Origin: a bacterium
GTDB taxonomy: Bacteria > Patescibacteriota > Patescibacteriia > Magasanikbacterales > GWA2-37-8
NCBI GenBank assembly: GCA_043821725.1
Contig: JBDRCM010000006.1
Location: 38,287-102,286, forward strand
Length of the DNA: 64,000 bases
Direction: 5' to 3'
The position numbers were made by a program, and so were the translations under genes. Shown piece after piece: positions 1 to 8,494 of this stretch; positions within the stretch are counted from its first letter, which is position 1, and each line of letters opens with the position of its first letter. The notes beneath the pieces are model-generated. The model was not told the origin of the DNA and did not search any database. It saw only the letters and a list, made by a program, of their open reading frames with translations.

Positions 1-1343
1 GAACTTGATCCGTTTGAACCCAAAACTTCAGATACAACTCGAATGGCATATGGAAAATCTTCTTCAGGCGGCAATACCGGCTCAATAGCGCGCTCTGCCA
101 AAGCTCCATGGCCTATTGCCCTTCGTCCCGGACCGCGCATAAATCCTGTTTCTCCATATGTGGCAGGAGTGTCATTATAATGATGCATGTATCTTTTAGT
201 TCCTTCTTCTTCCATTGAATCAAGTGTCTGCACGTCACCGGGCGCTCCAAGCGTTACTACTGAAAGCACTTGAGTGTCGCCTCTGCTGAAAAGCGCTGAA
301 CCGTGAGTGCGCGGCAAAAGCGCGATTTCTGAACTAAGATCCCGTATGTCAGTTAAAGAACGGCCGTCCAAACGTTTGTCTTTCTTGATAATCCAATCGG
401 TAATATGCTCTTCAATATATATTTTTATTCTTCCCAAAATATTTTTTTGAACTGTTTCGCTGGTTTCGCGCTCAGCCATCATCTTTACAATTACCGCTGT
501 AAAACGATCAACCATTTCATTGCGCTCTTTCCTCCCTTGCTTTACGCTGTCAAAAATCCAATCATCAACATGAGAAGTAATAAATTCTTTAATCTCCAAT
601 TCAATTTTTTCAAGCTCTAAACCCTGCTCGCTCTTTTCAATGCCAATATCTATCTTTTGTTTGCCAACTTCAGATTGAATTTTATTAATAAAATCCAAAA
701 CCGGTTGAAGTTCGGCAGCTCCAAATTTCATAGCACCCATTACTTCATCTTCGCTAACTTCCATGCATCCTGCCTCCACCATTACAAGCTTCTCCGGAGT
801 GCCAACAATTACAACATCAGTATCGCCTGCCTTTAGTTCTGTAGAAGTAGGATTAATTTTCCATTTGTTTTCCACACGGCCAATACGAGCGCCTGCAATC
901 GGGCCGTTCCAAGGTATATCTGAAATTGCCAGCACCGTTGAAGCGGCTAGTAAAGCGGCTATCTGCGTGTCATTTTCTCCGTCAACTGACAATGCCGTCA
1001 AAATGAGCTGAACATCATTGCGTATTGAATCATCAAACAAAGGTCTTATTGATCTATCAACAAGCCGTCCGCTCAAAATAGCGTCATCGCTCGGCCTGCC
1101 TTCACGCTTGATAAAACGACTCCCTTTTATCTTACCGGCGGCATATAATTTTTCCTCAAAATCAACAGACAGCGGAAAATAATCAATGCCATCACGGGTA
1201 TTCTTGCTCATTACTATTGTTGCTAAAATAACCGTATCGCCCAAGCTTACGGTGCAGGAAGCATTTGCCTGCTTAGCCAGCTTTCCAACTTCCACAGATA
1301 AGGAACGCCCGCTCCAGTCCATGGACCATTTTTTTGTTTCCAT
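1..1343 (-). CDS. pnp: polyribonucleotide nucleotidyltransferase (PNPase), N-terminal ~447 aa; C-terminus runs off the window start
   Basis: Manual translation of the minus strand from ATG at 1343..1341 gives METKKWSMDWSGRSLSVEVGKLAKQANASCTVSLGDTVILATIVMSK... with RNase-PH-like repeats typical of PNPase. It is absent from the ORF track because there is no stop inside the window. rpsO lies directly upstream, as in the conserved rpsO-pnp operon. Confidence 0.8.
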   Translation of the reverse strand, partial: METKKWSMDWSGRSLSVEVGKLAKQANASCTVSLGDTVILATIVMSKNTRDGIDYFPLSVDFEEKLYAAGKIKGSRFIKREGRPSDDAILSGRLVDRSIRPLFDDSIRNDVQLILTALSVDGENDTQIAALLAASTVLAISDIPWNGPIAGARIGRVENKWKINPTSTELKAGDTDVVIVGTPEKLVMVEAGCMEVSEDEVMGAMKFGAAELQPVLDFINKIQSEVGKQKIDIGIEKSEQGLELEKIELEIKEFITSHVDDWIFDSVKQGRKERNEMVDRFTAVIVKMMAERETSETVQKNILGRIKIYIEEHITDWIIKKDKRLDGRSLTDIRDLSSEIALLPRTHGSALFSRGDTQVLSVVTLGAPGDVQTLDSMEEEGTKRYMHHYNDTPATYGETGFMRGPGRRAIGHGALAERAIEPVLPPEEDFPYAIRVVSEVLGSNGSS

Positions 1344-1426
1344 ATTTTTCTCTTATGCTGGCTTGAGAGCTTGAGACCTCAAATCATTTGAAGTCCTTAT
1401 GTCCTCAAACCAACCATTTTAATTAA

Positions 1427-1993
1427 TTAAACTTTTTCACTTTTAATAAGTGATCTGGGTTTTGCCTTAATGAGAAATTTAGCTTTTTCCTGCGATAAAT
1501 CAACAAAATCATCAGCACACTCAATCAATTTTTTTGAAGTTGTGCCTCCAAAAGCCGCAACTTCAACCTGTTTTCCTTGATTGCGCAAATATTCAACTAA
1601 TGGGATATAGTCGCCATCGCCACTCACTAAAATCACAGCATCCAAACTCGGCGACAATCGTATTGCGTCAACAGTAATTCCTACATCCCAGTCAGCTTTT
1701 TTATCGCCTCCGTAAAAAACCTGCAAAGGCCTTTCTTTAGTTTCAATTCCCAAATTGTAAAGTGCGTCAAAAAACGGCTGTTCTTCCTTGGTTTCAGTGC
1801 GCACCACATAAGCTATTGCCCTGATTAATTTTCTTCCTGCTGTGGCTTCTTTTACAATATTGCCAAAATTCACCTTGCTACCAAACAAATTCTTGGCGCT
1901 GTAGTACATATTCTGCACATCAATAAACACCCCTACTCGTTGATCGGGGTGTTTTAAAGGATGCGTTTTTTTATTTAACAATTGGAGTTTCAT
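1427..1993 (-). CDS. NYN/LabA-like (PIN-fold) domain protein
   Basis: 188 aa. Motifs VGVFIDVQNMYYS, ...DAVILVSGDGDYIPLVEYLRNQGKQVEV resemble NYN/LabA-family nucleases. It overlaps the rpsO stop region by 23 nt. Confidence 0.5.
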   Translation of the reverse strand: MKLQLLNKKTHPLKHPDQRVGVFIDVQNMYYSAKNLFGSKVNFGNIVKEATAGRKLIRAIAYVVRTETKEEQPFFDALYNLGIETKERPLQVFYGGDKKADWDVGITVDAIRLSPSLDAVILVSGDGDYIPLVEYLRNQGKQVEVAAFGGTTSKKLIECADDFVDLSQEKAKFLIKAKPRSLIKSEKV

Positions 1994-2345
1994 TTCCTTT
2001 TTTATCTTCTACTTTGGCACCAACATTATCACTGCTTGGCGCTGTGACTTCAACGTCTTTTGGCTTGTCAATTGCGCGTGCTTTTTTAAGCTTCAATTTC
2101 TTGATAACATCTTCATAATTTTCAAGACCTTCTTTTTTCAAAAAACGTAGAAGATTACGGCGAGCGTTGACTTTGCGTAAAAGCCCTCGCCTTGATGAAT
2201 GGTCTTTTGGGTGCAATTTCAGATGGTCTATTATTTCCTGTATTTCAGTCGTTAATATGGCGATCTGCACCTGGCTGGAGCCGGTATCGCCTTCATGCGT
2301 CTGATATTTCTTAATAACTTTCTGCTTTTTTTTGACGTCTAACAT
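1971..2345 (-). CDS. rpsO: 30S ribosomal protein S15 with a ~35-aa lysine-rich C-terminal extension
   Basis: KYQTHEGDTGSSQVQIAILTTEIQEIIDHLKLHPKDHSSRRGLLRKVNARRNLLRFLKK matches the S15 consensus. It sits upstream of pnp. Confidence 0.85.
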   Translation of the reverse strand: MLDVKKKQKVIKKYQTHEGDTGSSQVQIAILTTEIQEIIDHLKLHPKDHSSRRGLLRKVNARRNLLRFLKKEGLENYEDVIKKLKLKKARAIDKPKDVEVTAPSSDNVGAKVEDKKGNETPIVK

Positions 2346-2511
2346 ACATGCATAAATTTTATTCGGCTAACCAAGAGCATGTTCCCAGCAGTCGATCTTG
2401 ACTTTGACTATGAATGCCAAAGACAAGTTAATTAAAAGTGGATAAACTATAGCATAAATTCGCTTTTTTGTCAATACATCAGCATATTTGGATGAATTGT
2501 TTCAGGTATGT

Positions 2512-2889
2512 TTAAGAAGATCCGACAAGCCGGCCAAAAATAAACGAGGATATTGCATAAGCTGAAATCGTGATTATCAGCCCTATAATAGAGGCAGTTA
2601 AAGCTGTTTTTGCCTTTTGCGAGATCTCATCATTGCCTCTGGCAGTCATCCATCGCAATCCGGCATACATCATTATACCAAAAAAGACAATTGCAATAAG
2701 GGAAAGTCCTGAACCCACAATTTTGTTGATGAGCACGTATATATCGCCTGTCTGACTGCTATATCCGGCTTTTGAGGCAGTTACTCCGGCACCAAAATCC
2801 TCAACAGCCAAAACCGAACCTGCACACAAAAAACCCATTGAAATGAACATAACCACAGAAATAATTTTTTTTATCATAAATTTAGCCAA
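2512..2889 (-). CDS. small secreted two-TM membrane protein, VirB2/TrbC-like pilin-fold candidate
   Basis: 125 aa with an N-terminal signal peptide (MAKFMIKKIISVVMFISMGFLCAGSVLA) followed by two hydrophobic helices separated by a short polar loop (RGNDEISQKAK). This topology is typical of T4SS-pilin-like proteins common in CPR, but it has not been proven here. Confidence 0.3.
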   Translation of the reverse strand: MAKFMIKKIISVVMFISMGFLCAGSVLAVEDFGAGVTASKAGYSSQTGDIYVLINKIVGSGLSLIAIVFFGIMMYAGLRWMTARGNDEISQKAKTALTASIIGLIITISAYAISSFIFGRLVGSS

Positions 2890-3061
2890 ATTCGGAATTA
2901 ATGCCTGTTTATTATATCACATCTTGATTTTATATTCAAAATATGTTAACATTGTGAGCGTAAAATATTTTTCAGAGGAAAAAAACCGGCAAGAACTGTG
3001 CCGTAAAGTAATACACAGTAACTGCTTTCTGCTCATGCTGTTTCCTCTTAACTCACACAAT

Positions 3062-3133
3062 GGCCCTGTAGTTAAATGGATATAACAGCAGCCTTCTAAG
3101 CTGTGGTTCTAGGTTCGATTCCTAGCGGGGCCA
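3062..3133 (+). tRNA. tRNA-Arg (anticodon TCT)
   Basis: A cloverleaf was folded by eye. The acceptor stem GGCCCTG pairs with CGGGGCC. The T-arm is CTAGG-TTCGATT-CCTAG. The anticodon stem GCAGC/GCTGT carries loop CTTCTAA, giving anticodon TCT. No CCA is encoded. Confidence 0.75.
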
Positions 3134-3180
3134 CTGGAACAAGATTTAATGATTTGAATTTAAAAAAGGTAAAAAATGAT

Positions 3181-3253
3181 GGTGGCTATGGTATAATGGT
3201 TATTACATCGGTTTGTGGTACCGATAATACGGGTTCAATTCCCGTTAGCCACC
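3181..3253 (+). tRNA. tRNA-His (anticodon GTG) with an encoded G-1
   Basis: An extra 5' G at 3181 pairs with discriminator C. The acceptor stem GTGGCTA pairs with TAGCCAC. The anticodon stem TCGGT/ACCGA carries loop TTGTGGT, giving GTG. The T-arm is ACGGG-TTCAATT-CCCGT. Confidence 0.75.
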
Positions 3254-3308
3254 CTAACAGGAATACTTTTTAAAAATATGGATAACTACCATTGACAAAC
3301 CATATGAT

Positions 3309-3617
3309 TTGTCATATAATATATTCATGAAATACTTTGATTGGGATAATAAAAAAAATGATAAATTGAAAACAGAACGCGGCATCTGTTTTGAAGAAAT
3401 ACTAATAGCCATTGAGGAGTGTGAGATTTTAGATATAGTTGAACATAAAAACAAAAAACGATATCCTAATCAAAAAATGTTTATTATAAAAATAGATGGG
3501 TATGCTTACTTAATTCCATTTGCAGAAGATGAACAAAAAATATTTTTAAAAACAATTATCCCTAGCCGTCAGGCAACAAAAAAATATTTATTTCAAACAA
3601 AAACTATCAAAAAATAA
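3309..3617 (+). CDS. brnT: BrnT-like toxin (DUF497/COG2929 ribonuclease toxin of a type II TA pair)
   Basis: 102 aa. FDWDNKKNDKLKTERGICFEEILIAIEE matches the BrnT signature (FEWD..K...N..KHGI.FEEA). It is immediately followed by its partner with a 1-nt gap. Confidence 0.6.
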   Translation: MSYNIFMKYFDWDNKKNDKLKTERGICFEEILIAIEECEILDIVEHKNKKRYPNQKMFIIKIDGYAYLIPFAEDEQKIFLKTIIPSRQATKKYLFQTKTIKK

Positions 3618-3618
3618 T

Positions 3619-3897
3619 ATGAAATATCTAATATTAGACAAGGGAGAAGAAAAAACAATAGATGATTTTGAAAAAAATGATTTTGTTAGTATTGTTAATT
3701 TAAAATCTTCCAAAACACAATATAAAAAATATGCTCAAAATACTTTGAATAAAAGTAAAAACATTAATCTTAGATTGAGTGAAAAAGATCTTCAAAGAGT
3801 TAAGACAAAAGCAATTAAAAACGGCATCCCCTATCAAACGCTTTTATCAACTCTTATACATCAATACGCTGATGATGTTGTTAGTATAAAAATATAA
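3619..3897 (+). CDS. brnA: BrnA-like antitoxin (CopG/RHH-like C-terminus)
   Basis: 92 aa. The C-terminal NINLRLSEKDLQRVKTKAIKNGIPYQTLLSTLIHQY matches the BrnA/COG3514 pattern. It is translationally coupled to brnT. Confidence 0.55.
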   Translation: MKYLILDKGEEKTIDDFEKNDFVSIVNLKSSKTQYKKYAQNTLNKSKNINLRLSEKDLQRVKTKAIKNGIPYQTLLSTLIHQYADDVVSIKI

Positions 3898-3924
3898 TTG
3901 GTTAATCAATTATACTTCAAAAAC

Positions 3925-4036
3925 TTAATTTTATTCCCAAACAAATCCTCCTTGGCACCCAAAATGAAACGCTAGCTCGCAGACATTATGCCTTTTGACC
4001 TGATACTCTGTGCTCTTGGCACAGGGAGGGGTTCAT
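3925..4036 (-). repeat. copy A (internally deleted) of the non-TIR structured repeat family ATGAACCCCTCC...TAATAAAA
   Basis: The reverse complement reads ATGAACCCCTCCCTGTGCCAAGAGCACAGAGTATCAGGTCAAAAGGCATAATGTCTGCGAGCTAGCG..TTTCATTTT. This is ~90% identical over about 60 nt to the copy at 50271. Confidence 0.6.
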
Positions 4037-4475
4037 TTAATAAAGATTTAATAATCATATAATTGAATTAAATCTCTAATTCCAATAAAAAATATATGTC
4101 AGAGATCAGAATACCGGGAAATTTTGATACGGAAAAGTCACAATACGCAGGTCAAGACCCTGAATATAAAAATAATAGTGTCATGCGGACAACTGACAAC
4201 AAAACGGTGTCATACAATATTTAAAAGATAAAGGCCTTTATGTTGTAATGGACGTGGATGAACCTGGCGTAAAAAGTTGTGCGTATAAAATTCATCCGGA
4301 TAAACTTATAAAAATGGAAGGAAAAAAATAAATCTTTTGAATTAAAAATTTTTTAATAAATATCATTAAGTCGCAAGACCTGCTCTTCCGGCCGTGTCAT
4401 AATGTTAGCCCATCAACTAAAAACATTTAACAAAAAACATTCCGCTGTAAAACGGAATGTTTTGGTTTGTTTCAA

Positions 4476-5378
4476 TTATTCCACTGTTATTACCTGGCCG
4501 TATGTAGTAGTCGGAGGTGCGGTTATAGTTTCAAGTGAAGCATTTCCAAATGCATTAACACCATTTTGAGGAATATAAGTGTATATGACAGCGGGAATTA
4601 GTTGGGCATTAATATCAGAAAAAACTCCAAGTGTGAGAGTATGCCCTTGCGGAATTAAATAATTAAGATTATTAAAAATAACTTCATTATGAAGAGGAAA
4701 CATTGTATGACCGATCTGTGTGCCGGTATTTTCATCTTTCAACATTAAAAAGCTAGTCTTGCTATAATCATTTATATTAATTTGTATGGAAGATATAATT
4801 ACATTTTCAATTGGTGCAGCAGTTAATTCATATTTCCCTATTAATACATTGGATGTTGGCGTAATATAATGTGCGCCATTAAATGAAGTGTCTTTTTTTA
4901 CATATAGCTCTCCTTTACTTACCACCGTGCCAGAAATATACCTGTTATATACTTCAGCATCGCTTAGGGCTTTGTTGTAAATCAATACCTCATCAATGGC
5001 ACCCATAAAGTGATAATTAATGCCATGCTTACCAATGGTAAGAGGCAAATCATTATCTTTAATAAGTCCACTGTGCGCTTTAGTTGCCTTTAACTGACCA
5101 TTGGCATATATCTTTATGAAAGCGCCATCATAAGTCATTACAATATGATTCCAAACATTTGCACTTACTGAAGATTTTGCATTTATAGTTGCTCTTGTGT
5201 TGCTTGCGTTTATTATGCCTCCGCGCAAAATTCCGCTTTTGGTAATAGTAAGCTCATAAGCCAAATTTTTTGACACAATTACTTGATATTCGGATAATGG
5301 TGATGTTGATGCCATTGGCTTAACCCATGCCTCAACTGAAACGGCATTTATCGGGCTCAAGCTGACTGAATCTTGCAC
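4476..5378 (-). CDS. second LamG/concanavalin-A-like domain, C-terminal half of the same frameshifted gene
   Basis: 300 aa. Upstream in the same frame, after a TAA, the sequence reads KNNQAAHFDGVDDFISVQDSVSLSP...VEAWVKP...WNHIVMTYDG...GAIDEVLIYNKALSDAEV. The LamG domain therefore starts before the annotated start and joins the upstream ORF at the T7 run at 5422..5428. Confidence 0.65.
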   Translation of the reverse strand: MQDSVSLSPINAVSVEAWVKPMASTSPLSEYQVIVSKNLAYELTITKSGILRGGIINASNTRATINAKSSVSANVWNHIVMTYDGAFIKIYANGQLKATKAHSGLIKDNDLPLTIGKHGINYHFMGAIDEVLIYNKALSDAEVYNRYISGTVVSKGELYVKKDTSFNGAHYITPTSNVLIGKYELTAAPIENVIISSIQININDYSKTSFLMLKDENTGTQIGHTMFPLHNEVIFNNLNYLIPQGHTLTLGVFSDINAQLIPAVIYTYIPQNGVNAFGNASLETITAPPTTTYGQVITVE

Positions 5379-6277
5379 GCTGATAAAATCATCAACCCCA
5401 TCAAAATGAGCTGCTTGATTATTTTTTTACCAATATAATATGGCGCAGCACATTGTCCTATTGCGCAACTGCCATGATTTCCATTAAAAGAAAGATCTTT
5501 ATAACTCACAGTGCTTGAAGCCATATCAAGTGGCATATATAGCAAACGATCCCCCAAATTTGCACGGTAATATGATTCAATTTCTTGAGCGCTTAAAGCT
5601 TTATTGCGAATTCTTAATTCATCAATTGAGCCATGATAATAATAACTGTTTGAAACCTGGCCAATTGTTAAAGGAAAACTATTTGTTCTGATATTGCCAT
5701 TTTGTGATTTGCTCACTGCCAATGCACCATTTACATACCCTTTAACATTAGTTCCATCATAAGTAAGCGCAATATGATTCCAAGCGCCTTTTTTTACAAT
5801 TCCAGGATTTGAATTTGTAACAACGCGAACATTCTGACTATTGATAATCCCAACGCGCAATCTACCGTCCACACTGATTGATAATTCATAATTATACTGT
5901 TTTGTCGCTATAACTTCATAATAATGATTATTGTTTGTTGAAACAGGGTAAATCCATGCTTCCACTGTTATTGCTTGCGTTGGATTTAAACTTGCACTAT
6001 TTGATACTGAAGCATAATCATCATTTCCATCAAAATAACGAGCCATGCCAAATCTTCCTAAAAATATATTAGGACAATTTGTTCCAGCACACGTTGCGTT
6101 ATTTCCACTAGGTGAAGCGTCAAAAAATGTTGTTGCCGAACTTGGCTCGTCAAAAAGCAATTCCATAATTACATCAGCAGGCGGAGCCGCATTTACTGTT
6201 GCTGTATTTATAGGAAACAAAACCGATAACGTTGCAACTTGCAACACTGCCATGATTGATATGAATAATTTTTTCAT
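5357..6277 (-). CDS. secreted LamG/concanavalin-A-like lectin domain protein, N-terminal half with signal peptide; frameshifted from the downstream half
   Basis: 306 aa with signal peptide MKKLFISIMAVLQVATLSVLF. The LamG_3-type motifs are YFDGNDDYASV...ITVEAWIYP...WNHIALTYDG...GSIDELRIRNKALSAQEI. The last ~20 aa after YYIGKK are out-of-frame read-through. Confidence 0.65.
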   Translation of the reverse strand: MKKLFISIMAVLQVATLSVLFPINTATVNAAPPADVIMELLFDEPSSATTFFDASPSGNNATCAGTNCPNIFLGRFGMARYFDGNDDYASVSNSASLNPTQAITVEAWIYPVSTNNNHYYEVIATKQYNYELSISVDGRLRVGIINSQNVRVVTNSNPGIVKKGAWNHIALTYDGTNVKGYVNGALAVSKSQNGNIRTNSFPLTIGQVSNSYYYHGSIDELRIRNKALSAQEIESYYRANLGDRLLYMPLDMASSTVSYKDLSFNGNHGSCAIGQCAAPYYIGKKIIKQLILMGLMILSACKIQSA

Positions 6278-6433
6278 ATTCGTTATTTAATGAATGAATA
6301 AAAATATATTGGTAGTAAAGCACAGATGAGAATAGAGGTCAATATACCAACGCGCCTTAATATTAAAAAATAATAGATGCAAATAATCGCAAACAGTCGA
6401 AAATTTTAGTATTCAATAGTTGTCACTTTAAAA

Positions 6434-6595
6434 GGGTCCGTCACCAAATACCATTTCTACTGTAATTAATAAATTATGGCCAAAATCGTTTCAAAATTTC
6501 TCGGCTTATCTTACAGATAGGGCTCAAAATTTGTTCAACAATTTTGTCTCATAATTTATCAATTTCGCTACGAAAGCGCATTTGGCGACAGACCC
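6434..6595 (+). mobile_element. Tn3-like MITE copy 1 (162 bp) with 5-bp TSD TAAAA
   Basis: TIR GGGTCCGTCACCAAAT ... ATTTGGCGACAGACCC. TAAAA is present at 6429..6433 and 6596..6600. Confidence 0.75.
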
Positions 6596-6639
6596 TAAAA
6601 AGAAAAAACGCTTGAATTATTGCGTTTTTTCGTATTTTT

Positions 6640-6960
6640 TTGAAAAAAAATGATGAGGGCCCCCTGTATTAGAGATGATATAGGGAGCCAACATCTTCCC
6701 TATACAGGGGGTATTTTATTTTCTGCCAGCACAGCGCATCCTAGTAGAGTAGTCCTGCGCGTTTTCCGGTGGGACGAGCCGTTATTTCACAGACGTCTTC
6801 CAAGCTCTGCACGCCAGAAGAGCTGTAAAACCACCACGGTGCACCTTGACTCTCCTTCCTGTTGTCAGGACTTCTTCTCGGGGTACTTTCTCTTCCTCCT
6901 CGACTTCCTGTTTTTTTGTATTTCTTTGCCACTGTCTGAGCTCCCTTTTTTCCGATTGAG
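6640..6960. other. GC-rich ~320-bp segment between two MITE copies; candidate structured RNA or gene remnant
   Basis: Local GC is clearly above surrounding DNA. A long imperfect hairpin sits at 6657..6710 (CCCCCTGTAT...ATACAGGGGG). Only low-complexity, unconvincing ORFs are present (6650..7006 +, 6741..6932 -). Confidence 0.25.
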
Positions 6961-6967
6961 GTTAACA

Positions 6968-7202
6968 GGATCTGTCACCAAATACCATTTCTACTGCAAT
7001 TCATAAATTATAGCCAAAATCGTTTCAAAATTTCTTGGCTTATCTTACAGATAGGCCTCAAAATTTTTTATCAAGCGAAGCGAGAGAAAAGAAAAATGAT
7101 AATTTTTCTTTTCCGAGCGAGCGAAGATAACTATGGAATTATCAACGATTTTGTCTCATAATATATTAATTTCGTTGCGAAAGCGCATTTGGCGACAGAC
7201 CC
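6968..7202 (+). mobile_element. Tn3-like MITE copy 2 (235 bp) with perfect 5-bp TSD TAACA
   Basis: TIR GGATCTGTCACCAAAT ... ATTTGGCGACAGACCC. TAACA is present at 6963..6967 and 7203..7207. Its internal sequence is shared with the copies at 19827 and 47110. Confidence 0.8.
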
Positions 7203-7383
7203 TAACAGGATTTATAATATTTTACACTTAAAACACTAAAATGTCAACAGTAATAAACCCGACATTGCAACAAGCCACCCCACATTTATGCTTGCACACC
7301 AGGCAAAAATATGCTAAAATATACTCATTCATAAACTTGTCAGATCCAAATATTTATTCATTTTTAGCAAAAAATTTACTTAT

Positions 7384-7998
7384 ATGCACATAAGCTGGCT
7401 CGGACAAACATGCGTAAAAATACAGACAAAAAATATCAATGTTGACTCTACTATTGTTATAAATGCGTATAAACCAAAAAAAGGATCTTTTCCCCGCTAT
7501 TTCAGCCCTGAAATCGCTCTGTTTTCATCAGGAATGGATAATACTGCCACTTTATCGCAAAATCCTTTTGTCATCAGTACATTAGGCGAATTTGAAATGC
7601 AAGGCATTGTGATATATTCTCTTCCGGACGATGAAAATAATCGAATTTTTAAACTGGTCAGTGAGGGAATGACCATTGTCCATCTTGGCAAATTAAACAA
7701 AAATATAGAAAACAGCCGATTGGAAAAAATAATGAATCCTGATATTTTATTCATTCCGGTTGGAGGAAGGCCGAATTATTTGGAAAGAAAAATGGCTGCC
7801 TCTTTGGCAACGGCAATTGAACCGCGCATAATTATTCCTATTGGATTCAAATGCGACACAGATCCAGACTCCAAGCCGATTTCAATGTTTGTTGATGAAG
7901 CAGGCCTTAAGCCGGAAAATCAAACCAAAAAAATTATTATCAAAAAAAAGGACTTGCCTGCGGATGAAACCAAATTGATAGTTCTGGACAAGGAGTAA
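7384..7998 (+). CDS. metallo-beta-lactamase-fold hydrolase (UPF0173-like)
   Basis: The N-terminus MHISWLGQTCVKIQ matches the M.ITWLGHSCF.IE start of UPF0173/MBL-fold metal-dependent hydrolases. 204 aa. Confidence 0.5.
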   Translation: MHISWLGQTCVKIQTKNINVDSTIVINAYKPKKGSFPRYFSPEIALFSSGMDNTATLSQNPFVISTLGEFEMQGIVIYSLPDDENNRIFKLVSEGMTIVHLGKLNKNIENSRLEKIMNPDILFIPVGGRPNYLERKMAASLATAIEPRIIIPIGFKCDTDPDSKPISMFVDEAGLKPENQTKKIIIKKKDLPADETKLIVLDKE

Positions 7999-8018
7999 AA
8001 AGAACAAAGGAATTAAAT

Positions 8019-8462
8019 ATGAATAAACCGCGGAAAAAAAATAAACATAAATTAACCATCAGGCCGGAAAATCCAAGAGCCAAAGCATTGATGTGGATCA
8101 GCGTTATTCTTTTTACGTGCGTAATTACCATCTTGTGGGCATGGTCAGCCAAAATTCAGCTGTCCGGAGTTGATCTGTCTATCAGCCAAGAAAGCGAAAT
8201 TTTAAGAAACACGCAAGCGCAATGGGAAAAAATATTTGCTGAAAATGACGTAACTCTGCCTTCTTCGCCAACATCTTCGGCCATTACAGCACCAACTTCA
8301 TCCGCTATAGAATTAATTGAATTGGAAAAAAGTTTGCGCGACTTATTTGGAAAAATGAATTCAACCACTACTGCCAGCACAACCACAAACTTTGGATCCT
8401 TAACCAAGATAACGTCAACGACAACAACCAATACTTTGAAGGCATCAACTTCATCACAATAA
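8019..8462 (+). CDS. hypothetical membrane-anchored protein with Ser/Thr-rich C-terminus
   Basis: 147 aa. A basic N-terminus is followed by one TM helix (ALMWISVILFTCVITILWAW) and an S/T-rich tail. Confidence 0.4.
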   Translation: MNKPRKKNKHKLTIRPENPRAKALMWISVILFTCVITILWAWSAKIQLSGVDLSISQESEILRNTQAQWEKIFAENDVTLPSSPTSSAITAPTSSAIELIELEKSLRDLFGKMNSTTTASTTTNFGSLTKITSTTTTNTLKASTSSQ

Positions 8463-8494
8463 GTTTTCAATATTGAAAAAGTAAATTATTATTT

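Noticed and set aside
6650-7006. 118-aa (+) and 63-aa (-) ORFs in the GC-rich inter-MITE segment
   Set aside because: They are proline/arginine- or phenylalanine/leucine-rich with no motif, typical of chance ORFs in GC-rich DNA. They overlap each other antisense.
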